A stretch of DNA of 64,000 nucleotides, taken from positions 18,414,001 through 18,478,000 of the forward strand of contig OZ024740.1 in the NCBI GenBank assembly GCA_964016885.1, in the 5' to 3' direction. How positions within the stretch are numbered: the stretch's first letter is position 1; every line of letters starts with the position of its first letter. The notes below the pieces were generated by a model that ran no database searches, had not been told where the DNA came from, and saw nothing but the letters and a program-made list of their open reading frames with translations. Positions 26,601-39,399 of this stretch are shown piece by piece. The stretch is from Eledone cirrhosa. Taxonomy: Eukaryota. Made by a program: the position numbers and the translations under genes.

Positions 26601-27000
26601 TGGTGCAGTAATACGTCAGTTTCAGTAGTCAGTGGTTCAGTAATACGTCAGTTTCAGTAGTCAGTGGTGCAGTAATACGCCAGTTTCAGTAGTCAGTGGT
26701 GCAGTAATACGTCAGTTTCAGTAGTCACTGGTGCAGTAATACGTCAGTTTCAGTAGTCAGTGGTGCAGTAATACGCCAGTTTCAGTAGTCACTGGTGCAG
26801 TAATACGTCAGTTTCAGTAGTCAGTGGTGCAGTAATACGTCAGCTTCAGTAGTCAGTGGTGCAGTAATACGTCAGTTTCAGTAGTCACTGGTGCAGTAAT
26901 ACGCCAGTGTCAGTAGTCACTGGTGCAGTAATACGCCAGTGTCAGTAGTCACTGGTGCAGTAATACATCAGTTTCAGTAGTCAGTGGTGCAGTAATACGT
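11700..27000. repeat. Dispersed duplication: ~11.7-17.7 kb block repeated at ~21.2-27.0 kb
   Basis: Ordered markers: GTAATTCG 11921/21361, TAACACG ~13554/23185, TACGTTAG 13781/23412, ATGGG-TCGG-ATGGG ~15121/24816, CAGCTTC ~17562/26841. The offset drifts by whole monomers. Confidence 0.8.
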
Positions 27001-30000
27001 CAGTTTCAGTAGTCAGTGGTGCAGTAATACGTCAGTTTCAGTAGTCAGTGGTGCAGTAATACGTCAGTTTCAGTAGTCACTGGTGCAGTAATACGCCAGT
27101 TTCAGTAGTCACTGGTGCAGTAATACGCCAGTTTCAGTAGTCAGTGGTGCAGTAATACGCCAGTTTCAGTAGTCACTGGTGCAGTAATACGTCAGTTTCA
27201 GTAGTCAGTGGTGCAGTAATACGTCAGTTTCAGTAGTCAGTGGTGCAGTAATACGCCAGTTTCAGTAGTCACTGGTGCAGTAATACGTCAGTTTCAGTAG
27301 TCAGTGGTGCAGTAATACGTCAGTTTCAGTAGTCAGTGGTGCAGTAATACGTCAGTTTCAGTAGTCAGTGGTTCAGTAATACGTCAGTTTCAGTAGTCAG
27401 TGGTGCAGTAATACGTCAGTTTCAGTAGTCAGTGGTTCAGTAATACGTCAGTTTCAGTAGTCAGTGGTGCAGTAATACGCCAGTTTCAGTAGTCAGTGGT
27501 GCAGTAATACGTCAGTTTCAGTAGTCACTGGTGCAGTAATACGTCAGTTTCAGTAGTCAGTGGTGCAGTAATACGCCAGTTTCAGTAGTCACTGGTGCAG
27601 TAATACGTCAGTTTCAGTAGTCAGTGGTGCAGTAATACGTCAGCTTCAGTAGTCAGTGGTGCAGTAATACGTCAGTTTCAGTAGTCACTGGTGCAGTAAT
27701 ACGCCAGTGTCAGTAGTCACTGGTGCAGTAATACGCCAGTGTCAGTAGTCACTGGTGCAGTAATACATCAGTTTCAGTAGTCAGTGGTGCAGTAATACGT
27801 CAGTTTCAGTAGTCACTGGTGCAGTAATACGTCAGTTTCAGTAGTCAGTGGTGCAGTAATACGTCAGTTTCAGTAGTCAGTGGTGCAGTAATACGTCAGT
27901 TTCAGTAGTCAGTGGTTCAGTAATACGTCAGTTTCAGTAGTCAGTGGTGCAGTAATACGTCAGTTTCAGTAGTCAGTGGTGCAGTAATACGTCAGTTTCA
28001 GTAGTCAGTGGTTCAGTAATACGTCAGTTTCAGTAGTCAGTGGTGCAGTAATACGTCAGTTTCAGTAGTCAGTGGTGCAGTAATACGCCAGTGTCAGTAG
28101 TCACTGGTGCAGTAATACGTCAGTTTCAGTAGTCACTGGTGCAGTAATACGCCAGTGTCAGTAGTCACTGGTGCAGTAATACGTCAGTTTCAGTAGTCAG
28201 TGGTTCAGTAATACGTCAGTTTCAGTAGTCAGTGGTTCAGTAATACGTCAGTTTCAGTAGTCAGTGGTTCAGTAATACGTCAGTTTCAGTAGTCAGTGGT
28301 GCAGTAATACGTCAGTTTCAGTAGTCAGTGGTTCAGTAATACGTCAGTTTCAGTAGTCAGTGGTGCAGTAATACGTCAGTTTCAGTAGTCACTGGTGCAG
28401 TAATACGTCAGTTTCAGTAGTCACTGGTGCAGTAATACGTCAGTTTCAGTAGTCACTGGTGCAGTAATACGCCAGTGTCAGTAGTCACTGGTGCAGTAAT
28501 ACGTCAGTTTCAGTAGTCAGTGGTTCAGTAATACGTCAGTTTCAGTAGTCAATGGTGCAGTAATACGTCAGTTTCAGTAGTCAGTGGTTCAGTAATACGT
28601 CAGTTTCAGTAGTCAGTGGTTCAGTAATACGTCAGTTTCAGTAGTCAGTGGTTCAGTAATACGTCAGTTTCAGTAGTCAGTGGTGCAGTAATACGTCAGT
28701 TTCAGTAGTCAGTGGTTCAGTAATACGTCAGTTTCAGTAGTCAGTGGTGCAGTAATACGTCAGTTTCAGTAGTCACTGGTGCAGTAATACGTCAGTTTCA
28801 GTAGTCACTGGTGCAGTAATACGTCAGTTTCAGTAGTCACTGGTGCAGTAATACGCCAGTGTCAGTAGTCACTGGTGCAGTAATACGTCAGTTTCAGTAG
28901 TCAGTGGTTCAGTAATACGTCAGTTTCAGTAGTCAATGGTGCAGTAATACGTCAGTTTCAGTAGTCAGTGGTTCAGTAATACGTCAGTTTCAGTAGTCAG
29001 TGGTGCAGTAATACTTCAGTTTCAGTAGTCAGTGGTGCAGTAATACGTCAGTTTCAGTAGTCAGTGGTTCAGTAATACGTCAGTTTCAGTAGTCAGTGGT
29101 GCAGTAATACGTCAGTTTCAGTAGTCAGTGGTGCAGTAATACGTCAGTTTCAGTAGTCAGTGGTTCAGTAATACGTCAGTTTCAGTAGTCAGTGGTGCAG
29201 TAATACGCCAGTTTCAGTAGTCACTGGTGCAGTAATACGTCAGTTTCAGTAGTCAGTGGTGCAGTAATACGCCAGTTTCAGTAGTCACTGGTGCAGTAAT
29301 ACGTCAGTTTCAGTAGTCAGTGGTGCAGTAATACGTCAGTTTCAGTAGTCAGTGGTTCAGTAATACGTCAGTTTCAGTAGTCAGTGGTGCAGTAATACGC
29401 CAGTGTCAGTAGTCAGTGGTGCAGTAATACGTCAGTTTCAGTAGTCAGTGGTGCAGTAATACGCCAGTGTCAGTAGTCACTGGTGCAGTAATACGTCAGT
29501 TTCAGTAGTCACTGGTGCAGTAATACGCCAGTGTCAGTAGTCACTGGTGCAGTAATACGCCAGTGTCAGTAGTCACTGGTGCAGTAATACGTCAGTTTCA
29601 GTAGTCAGTGGTGCAGTAATACGTCAGTTTCAGTAGTCAGTGGTTCAGTAATACGTCAGTTTCAGTAGTCAGTGGTGCAGTAATACGTCAGTTTCAGTAG
29701 TCAGTGGTGCAGTAATACGTCAGTTTCAGTAGTCACTGGTGCAGTAATACGTCAGTTTCAGTAGTCAGTGGTGCAGTAATACATCAGTTTCAGTAGTCAC
29801 TGGTGCAGTAATACGTCAGTTTCAGTAGTCAGTGGTGCAGTAATACGTCAGTTACAGTAGTCAGTGGTGCAGTAATACGTCAGTTTCAGTAGTCACTGGT
29901 GCAGTAATACGTCAGTTTCAGTAGTCACTGGTGCAGTAATACGTCAGTTTCAGTAGTCAGTGGTTCAGTAATACGTCAGTTTCAGTAGTCAGTGGTTCAG

Positions 30001-32950
30001 TAATACGTCAGTTTCAGTAGTCAGTGGTGCAGTAATACGTCAGTTTCAGTAGTCACTGGTGCAGTAATACGTCAGTTTCAGTAGTCAGTGGTTCAGTAAT
30101 ATGTCAGTTTCAGTAGTCAGTGGTGCAGTAATACGTCAGTTTCAGTAGTCACTGGTGCAGTAATACGTCAGTTTCAGTAGTCAGTGGTGCAGTAATACGT
30201 CAGTTTCAGTAGTCAGTGGTGCAGTAATACGTCAGTTTCAGTAGTCAGTGGTGCAGTAATACGTCAGTTTCAGTAGTCAGTGGTGCAGTAATACGTCAGT
30301 TTCAGTAGTCAGTGGTTCAGTAATACGTCAGTTTCAGTAGTCAGTGGTGCAGTAATACGTCAGTTTCAGTAGTCAGTGGTTCAGTAATACGTCAGTTTCA
30401 GTAGTCAGTGGTGCAGTAATACGTCAGTTTCAGTAGTCACTGGTGCAGTAATACGCCAGTTTCAGTAGTCACTGGTGCAGTAATACGTCAGTTTCAGTAG
30501 TCAGTGGTGCAGTAATACGCCAGTTTCAGTAGTCACTGGTGCAGTAATACGTCAGTTTCAGTAGTCAGTGGTGCAGTAATACGTCAGTTTCAGTAGTCAG
30601 TGGTGCAGTAATACGCCAGTTTCAGTAGTCACTGGTGCAGTAATACGTCAGTTTCAGTAGTCAGTGGTGCAGTAATACGTCAGTTTCAGTAGTCAGTGGT
30701 GCAGTAATACGTCAGTTTCAGTAGTCAGTGGTTCAGTAATACGTCAGTTTCAGTAGTCAGTGGTGCAGTAATACGCCAGTGTCAGTAGTCACTGGTGCAG
30801 TAATACGTCAGTTTCAGTAGTCACTGGTGCAGTAATACGCCAGTGTCAGTAGTCACTGGTGCAGTAATACGTCAGTTTCAGTAGTCAGTGGTGCAGTAAT
30901 ACGCCAGTGTCAGTAGTCACTGGTGCAGTAATACGCCAGTGTCAGTAGTCACTGGTGCAGTAATACGTCAGTTTCAGTAGTCAGTGGTGCAGTAATACGT
31001 CAGTTTCAGTAGTCAGTGGTTCAGTAATACGTCAGTTTCAGTAGTCAGTGGTGCAGTAATACGTCAGTTTCAGTAGTCAGTGGTTCAGTAATACGTCAGT
31101 TTCAGTAGTCAGTGGTGCAGTAATACGTCAGTTTCAGTAGTCAGTGGTTCAGTAATACGTCAGTTTCAGTAGTCAGTGGTGCAGTAATACGTCAGTTTCA
31201 GTAGTCAGTGGTGCAGTAATACGTCAGTTTCAGTAGTCAGTGGTTCAGTAATACGTCAGTTTCAGTAGTCAGTGGTGCAGTAATACGTCAGTTTCAGTAG
31301 TCAGTGGTGCAGTAATACGTCAGTTTCAGTAGTCAGTGGTTCAGTAATACGTCAGTTTCAGTAGTCAGTGGTGCAGTAATACGTCAGTTTCAGTAGTCAG
31401 TGGTGCAGTAATACGTCAGTTTCAGTAGTCAGTGGTTCAGTAATACGTCAGTTTCAGTAGTCAGTGGTGCAGTAATACGTCAGTTTCAGTAGTCAGTGGT
31501 GCAGTAATACGTCAGTTTCAGTAGTCACTGGTGCAGTAATACGTCAGTTTCAGTAGTCAGTGGTTCAGTAATATGTCAGTTTCAGTAGTCAGTGGTGCAG
31601 TAATACGTCAGTTTCAGTAGTCACTGGTGCAGTAATACGTCAGTTTCAGTAGTCAGTGGTGCAGTAATACGTCAGTTTCAGTAGTCAGTGGTGCAGTAAT
31701 ACGTCAGTTTCAGTAGTCAGTGGTGCAGTAATACGCCAGTTTCAGTAGTCAGTGGTGCAGTAATACGTCAGTTTCAGTAGTCACTGGTGCAGTAATACGT
31801 CAGTTTCAGTAGTCAGTGGTGCAGTAATACGTCAGTTTCAGTAGTCAGTGGTGCAGTAATACGCCAGTTTCAGTAGTCAGTGGTGCAGTAATACATCAGT
31901 TTCAGTAGTCACTGGTGCAGTAATACGTCAGTTTCAGTAGTCAGTGGTGCAGTAATACGTCAGTTACAGTAGTCAGTGGTGCAGTAATACGTCAGTTTCA
32001 GTAGTCACTGGTGCAGTAATACGTCAGTTTCAGTAGTCACTGGTGCAGTAATACGTCAGTTTCAGTAGTCAGTGGTTCAGTAATACGTCAGTTTCAGTAG
32101 TCAGTGGTTCAGTAATACGTCAGTTTCAGTAGTCAGTGGTGCAGTAATACGTCAGTTTCAGTAGTCAGTGGTGCAGTAATACGCCAGTTTCAGTAGTCAC
32201 TGGTGCAGTAATACGTCAGTTTCAGTAGTCAGTGGTGCAGTAATACGTCAGTTTCAGTAGTCAGTGGTGCAGTAATACGCCAGTTTCAGTAGTCACTGGT
32301 GCAGTAATACGTCAGTTTCAGTAGTCAGTGGTGCAGTAATACGTCAGTTTCAGTAGTCAGTGGTGCAGTAATACGTCAGTTTCAGTAGTCAGTGGTTCAG
32401 TAATACGTCAGTTTCAGTAGTCAGTGGTGCAGTAATACGTCAGTTTCAGTAGTCAGTGGTTCAGTAATACGTCAGTTTCAGTAGTCAGTGGTGCAGTAAT
32501 ACGTCAGTTTCAGTAGTCACTGGTGCAGTAATACGCCAGTTTCAGTAGTCACTGGTGCAGTAATACGTCAGTTTCAGTAGTCAGTGGTGCAGTAATACGC
32601 CAGTTTCAGTAGTCACTGGTGCAGTAATACGTCAGTTTCAGTAGTCAGTGGTGCAGTAATACGTCAGTTTCAGTAGTCAGTGGTGCAGTAATACGCCAGT
32701 TTCAGTAGTCACTGGTGCAGTAATACGTCAGTTTCAGTAGTCAGTGGTGCAGTAATACGTCAGTTTCAGTAGTCAGTGGTGCAGTAATACGTCAGTTTCA
32801 GTAGTCAGTGGTTCAGTAATACGTCAGTTTCAGTAGTCAGTGGTGCAGTAATACGTCAGTTTCAGTAGTCAGTGGTTCAGTAATACGTCAGTTTCAGTAG
32901 TCAGTGGTGCAGTAATACGCCAGTTTCAGTAGTCACTGGTGCAGTAATAC
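25300..32950. repeat. Block duplication at 6,240-bp (195-monomer) offset
   Basis: ATATGTC 25331/31571, ATACATC 25651/31891 and CAGTTAC 25721/31961 all lie at +6240. Confidence 0.85.
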
Positions 32951-35900
32951 GTCAGTTTCAGTAGTCAGTGGTGCAGTAATACGCCAGTTTCAGTAGTCAC
33001 TGGTGCAGTAATACGTCAGTTTCAGTAGTCAGTGGTGCAGTAATACGTCAGCTTCAGTAGTCAGTGGTGCAGTAATACGCCAGTGTCAGTAGTCACTGGT
33101 GCAGTAATACGTCAGTTTCAGTAGTCACTGGTGCAGTAATACGCCAGTGTCAGTAGTCACTGGTGCAGTAATACGCCAGTGTCAGTAGTCACTGGTGCAG
33201 TAATACATCAGTTTCAGTAGTCAGTGGTGCAGTAATACGTCAGTTTCAGTAGTCAGTGGTTCAGTAATACGTCAGTTTCAGTAGTCAGTGGTGCAGTAAT
33301 ACGTCAGTTTCAGTAGTCAGTGGTTCAGTAATACGTCAGTTTCTGTAGTCAGTGGTGCAGTAATACGTCAGTTTCAGTAGTCAGTGGTTCAGTAATACGT
33401 CAGTTTCAGTAGTCAGTGGTGCAGTAATACGTCAGTTTCAGTAGTCAGTGGTGCAGTAATACGTCAGTTTCAGTAGTCAGTGGTGCAGTAATACGTCAGT
33501 TTCAGTAGTCAGTGGTGCAGTAATACGTCAGTTTCAGTAGTCAGTGGTGCAGTAATACGTCAGTTTCAGTAGTCAGTGGTGCAGTAATACGCCAGTTTCA
33601 GTAGTCAGTGGTGCAGTAATACGTCAGTTTCAGTAGTCAGTGGTGCAGTAATACGTCAGTTTCAGTAGTCAGTGGTTCAGTAATACGTCAGTTTCAGTAG
33701 TCAGTGGTGCAGTAATACGTCAGTTTCAGTAGTCAGTGGTGCAGTAATACGTCAGTTTCAGTAGTCAGTGGTGCAGTAATACGTCAGTTTCAGTAGTCAG
33801 TGGTGCAGTAATACGTCAGTTTCAGTAGTCAGTGGTGCAGTAATACGTCAGTTTCAGTAGTCAGTGGTGCAGTAATACGCCAGTTTCAGTAGTCAGTGGT
33901 GCAGTAATACGTCAGTTTCAGTAGTCAGTGGTGCAGTAATACGTCAGTTTCAGTAGTCAGTGGTGCAGTAATACGTCAGTTTCAGTAGTCAGTGGTGCAG
34001 TAATACGCCAGTTTCAGTAGTCAGTGGTGCAGTAATACGTCAGTTTCAGTAGTCAGTGGTGCAGTAATACGTCAGTTTCAGTAGTCAGTGGTTCAGTAAT
34101 ACGTCAGTTTCAGTAGTCAGTGGTGCAGTAATACGTCAGTTTCAGTAGTCAGTGGTGCAGTAATACGTCAGTTTCAGTAGTCAGTGGTGCAGTAATACGT
34201 CAGTTTCAGTAGTCAGTGGTGCAGTAATACGTCAGTTTCAGTAGTCAGTGGTGCAGTAATACGTCAGTTTCAGTAGTCAGTGGTGCAGTAATACGCCAGT
34301 TTCAGTAGTCACTGGTGCAGTAATACGTCAGTTTCAGTAGTCAGTGGTGCAGTAATACGCCAGTTTCAGTAGTCACTGGTGCAGTAATACGTCAGTTTCA
34401 GTAGTCAGTGGTGCAGTAATACGTCAGCTTCAGTAGTCAGTGGTGCAGTAATACGCCAGTGTCAGTAGTCACTGGTGCAGTAATACGTCAGTTTCAGTAG
34501 TCACTGGTGCAGTAATACGCCAGTGTCAGTAGTCACTGGTGCAGTAATACGCCAGTGTCAGTAGTCACTGGTGCAGTAATACATCAGTTTCAGTAGTCAG
34601 TGGTGCAGTAATACGTCAGTTTCAGTAGTCAGTGGTTCAGTAATACGTCAGTTTCAGTAGTCAGTGGTGCAGTAATACGTCAGTTTCAGTAGTCAGTGGT
34701 TCAGTAATACGTCAGTTTCTGTAGTCAGTGGTGCAGTAATACGTCAGTTTCAGTAGTCAGTGGTTCAGTAATACGTCAGTTTCAGTAGTCAGTGGTGCAG
34801 TAATACGTCAGTTTCAGTAGTCAGTGGTGCAGTAATACGTCAGTTTCAGTAGTCAGTGGTTCAGTAATACGTCAGTTTCAGTAGTCAGTGGTGCAGTAAT
34901 ACGTCAGTTTCAGTAGTCAGTGGTGCAGTAATACGTCAGTTTCAGTAGTCAGTGGTTCAGTAATACGTCAGTTTCAGTAGTCAGTGGTGCAGTAATACGT
35001 CAGTTTCAGTAGTCAGTGGTGCAGTAATACGTCAGTTTCAGTAGTCAGTGGTTCAGTAATACGTCAGTTTCAGTAGTCAGTGGTGCAGTAATACGTCAGT
35101 TTCAGTAGTCAGTGGTGCAGTAATACGTCAGTTTCATTAGTCAGTGGTACAGTAATACGTCAGTTTCAGTAGTCAGTGGTGCAGTAATACGTCAGTTTCA
35201 GTAGTCAGTGGTGCAGTAATACGTCAGTTTCAGTAGTCAGTGGTTCAGTAATACGTCAGTTTCAGTAGTCAGTGGTGCAGTAATACGTCAGTTTCAGTAG
35301 TCAGTGGTGCAGTAATACGTCAGTTTCAGTAGTCAGTGGTGCAGTAATACGTCAGTTTCAGTAGTCAGTGGTTCAGTAATACGTCAGTTTCAGTAGTCAG
35401 TGGTGCAGTAATACGTCAGTTTCAGTAGTCAGTGGTGCAGTAATACGTCAGTTTCAGTAGTCAGTGGTTCAGTAATACGTCAGTTTCAGTAGTCAGTGGT
35501 GCAGTAATACGTCAGTTTCAGTAGTCAGTGGTGCAGTAATACGTCAGTTTCAGTAGTCAGTGGTTCAGTAATACGTCAGTTTCAGTAGTCAGTGGTGCAG
35601 TAATACGTCAGTTTCAGTAGTCAGTGGTGCAGTAATACGTCAGTTTCAGTAGTCAGTGGTTCAGTAATACGTCAGTTTCAGTAGTCAGTGGTGCAGTAAT
35701 ACGTCAGTTTCAGTAGTCAGTGGTGCAGTAATACGTCAGTTTCAGTAGTCAGTGGTTCAGTAATACGTCAGTTTCAGTAGTCAGTGGTGCAGTAATACGC
35801 CAGTTTCAGTAGTCACTGGTGCAGTAATACGTCAGTTTCAGTAGTCAGTGGTGCAGTAATACGCCAGTTTCAGTAGTCACTGGTGCAGTAATACGTCAGT

Positions 35901-38900
35901 TTCAGTAGTCAGTGGTGCGAGTAATACGTCAGTTTCAGTAGTCAGTGGTGCAGTAATACGTCAGTTACAGTAGTCAGTGGTGCAGTAATACGTCAGTTTC
36001 AGTAGTCAGTGGTGCAGTAATACGTCAGTTTCAGTAGTCACTGGTGCAGTAATACGTCAGTTTCAGTAGTCAGTGGTTCAGTAATACGTCAGTTTCAGTA
36101 GTCAGTGGTGCAGTAATACGTCAGTTTCAGTAGTCAGTGGTGCAGTAATACGTTAGTTTCAGTAGTCAGTGGTGCAGTAATACGTCAGTTTCAGTAGTCA
36201 CTGGTGCAGTAATACGTCAGTTTCAGTAGTCAGTGGTTCAGTAATACGTCAGTTTCAGTAGTCAGTGGTTCAGTAATACGTCAGTTTCAGTAGTCAGTGG
36301 TGCAGTAATACGTCAGTTTCAGTAGTCACTGGTGCAGTAATACGTCAGTTTCAGTAGTCAGTGGTTCAGTAATACGTCAGTTTCAGTAGTCAGTGGTGCA
36401 GTAATACGCCAGTTTCAGTAGTCACTGGTGCAGTAATACGTCAGTTTCAGTAGTCACTGGTGCAGTAATACGTCAGTTTCAGTAGTCACTGGTGCAGTAA
36501 TACGTCAGTTTCAGTAGTCAGTGGTTCAGTAATACGTCAGTTTCAGTAGTCAGTGGTGCAGTAATACGTCAGTTTCAGTAGTCAGTGGTTCAGTAATACG
36601 TCAGTTTCAGTAGTCAGTGGTTCAGTAATACGTCAGTTTCAGTAGTCACTGGTGCAGTAATACGTCAGTTTCAGTAGTCAGTGGTTCAGTAATACGTCAG
36701 TTTCAGTAGTCACTGGTGCAGTAATACGTCAGTTTCAGTAGTCAGTGGTTCAGTAATACGTCAGTTTCAGTAGTCAGTGGTGCAGTAATACGCCAGTTTC
36801 AGTAGTCACTGGTGCAGTAATACGTCAGTTTCAGTAGTCACTGGTGCAGTAATACGTCAGTTTCAGTAGTCAGTGGTTCAGTAATACGTCAGTTTCAGTA
36901 GTCAGTGGTTCAGTAATACGTCAGTTTCAGTAGTCAGTGGTGCAGTAATACGCCAGTGTCAGTAGTCACTGGTGCAGTAATACGTCAGTTTCAGTAGTCA
37001 GTGGTGCAGTAATACGTCAGTTTCAGTAGTCAGTGGTTCAGTAATACGTCAGTTTCAGTAGTCAGTGGTGCAGTAATACGCCAGTTTCAGTAGTCACTGG
37101 TGCAGTAATACGTCAGTTTCAGTAGTCAGTGGTGCAGTAATACGTCAGTTTCAGTAGTCAGTGGTTCAGTAATACGTCAGTTTCAGTAGTCACTGGTGCA
37201 GTAATACGCCAGTTTCAGTAGTCACTGGTGCAGTAATACGTCAGTTTCAGTAGTCACTGGTGCAGTAATACGTCAGTTTCAGTAGTCACTGGTGCAGTAA
37301 TACGCCAGTGTCAGTAGTCACTGGTGCAGTAATACGCCAGTGTCAGTAGTCACTGGTGCAGTAATACGTCAGTTTCAGTAGTCAGTGGTGCAGTAATACG
37401 TCAGTTTCAGTAGTCACTGGTGCAGTAATACGCCAGTTTCAGTAGTCACTGGTGCAGTAATACGCCAGTTTCAGTAGTCACTGGTGCAGTAATACGTCAG
37501 TTTCAGTAGTCACTGGTGCAGTAATACGCCAGTGTCAGTAGTCACTGGTGCAGTAATACGCCAGTGTCAGTAGTCAGTGGTGCAGTAATACGTCAGTTTC
37601 AGTAGTCAGTGGTGCAGTAATACGTCAGTTTCAGTAGTCACTGGTGCAGTAATACGTCAGTTTCAGTAGTCAGTGGTGCAGTAATACGTCAGTTTCAGTA
37701 GTCAGTGGTTCAGTAATACGTCAGTTTCAGTAGTCAGTGGTGCAGTAATACGTCAGATTCAGTAGTCACTGGTGCAGTAATACGCCAGTGTCAGTAGTCA
37801 CTGGTGCAGTAATACGCCAGTGTCAGTAGTCACTGGTGCAGTAATACGTCAGTTTCAGTAGTCAGTGGTGCAGTAATACGTCAGTTTCAGTAGTCAGTGG
37901 TTCAGTAATACGTCAGTTTCAGTAGTCAGTGGTGCAGTAATACGTCAGTTTCAGTAGTCAGTGGTTCAGTAATACGTCAGTTTCAGTAGTCAGTGGTGCA
38001 GTAATACGTCAGTTTCAGTAGTCAGTGGTTCAGTAATACGTCAGTTTCAGTAGTCAGTGGTGCAGTAATACGTCAGTTTCAGTAGTCAGTGGTGCAGTAA
38101 TACGTCAGTTTCAGTAGTCAGTGGTGCAGTAATACGTCAGTTTCAGTAGTCACTGGTGCAGTAATACGTCAGTTTCAGTAGTCAGTGGTTCAGTAATACG
38201 TCAGTTTCAGTAGTCAGTGGTGCAGTAACACGTCAGTTTCAGTAGTCACTGGTGCAGTAATACGTCAGTTTCAGTAGTCAGTGGTTCAGTAATACGTCAG
38301 TTTCAGTAGTCAGTGGTGCAGTAATACGTCAGTTTCAGTAGTCACTGGTGCAGTAATACGTCAGTTTCAGTAGTCAGTGGTTCAGTAATACGTCAGTTTC
38401 AGTAGTCAGTGGTGCAGTAATACGTCAGTTTCAGTAGTCAGTGGTGCAGTAATACGTTAGTTTCAGTAGTCAGTGGTGCAGTAATACGTCAGTTTCAGTA
38501 GTCACTGGTGCAGTAATACGTCAGTTTCAGTAGTCAGTGGTTCAGTAATACGTCAGTTTCAGTAGTCAGTGGTTCAGTAATACGTCAGTTTCAGTAGTCA
38601 GTGGTGCAGTAATACGTCAGTTTCAGTAGTCACTGGTGCAGTAATACGTCAGTTTCAGTAGTCAGTGGTTCAGTAATACGTCAGTTTCAGTAGTCAGTGG
38701 TGCAGTAATACGCCAGTTTCAGTAGTCACTGGTGCAGTAATACGTCAGTTTCAGTAGTCACTGGTGCAGTAATACGTCAGTTTCAGTAGTCACTGGTGCA
38801 GTAATACGTCAGTTTCAGTAGTCAGTGGTTCAGTAATACGTCAGTTTCAGTAGTCAGTGGTGCAGTAATACGCCAGTTTCAGTAGTCACTGGTGCAGTAA

Positions 38901-39399
38901 TACGTCAGTTTCAGTAGTCAGTGGTTCAGTAATACGTCAGTTTCAGTAGTCAGTGGTGCAGTAATACGCCAGTTTCAGTAGTCACTGGTGCAGTAATACG
39001 TCAGTTTCAGTAGTCACTGGTGCAGTAATACGCCAGTTTCAGTAGTCACTGGTGCAGTAATACGCCAGTTTCAGTAGTCACTGGTGCAGTAATACGCCAG
39101 TTTCAGTAGTCACTGGTGCAGTAATACGTCAGTTTCAGTAGTCAGTGGTGCAGTAATACGCCAGTTTCAGTAGTCACTGGTGCAGTAATACGTCAGTTTC
39201 AGTAGTCAGTGGTGCAGTAATACGTCAGTTTCAGTAGTCAGTGGTGCAGTAATACGCCAGTTTCAGTAGTCACTGGTGCAGTAATACGTCAGGTTCAGTA
39301 GTCAGTGGTGCAGTAATACGTCAGTTTCAGTAGTCAGTGGTGCAGTAATACGTCAGTTTCAGTAGTCAGTGGTGCAGTAATACGTCAGTTTCAGTAGTC

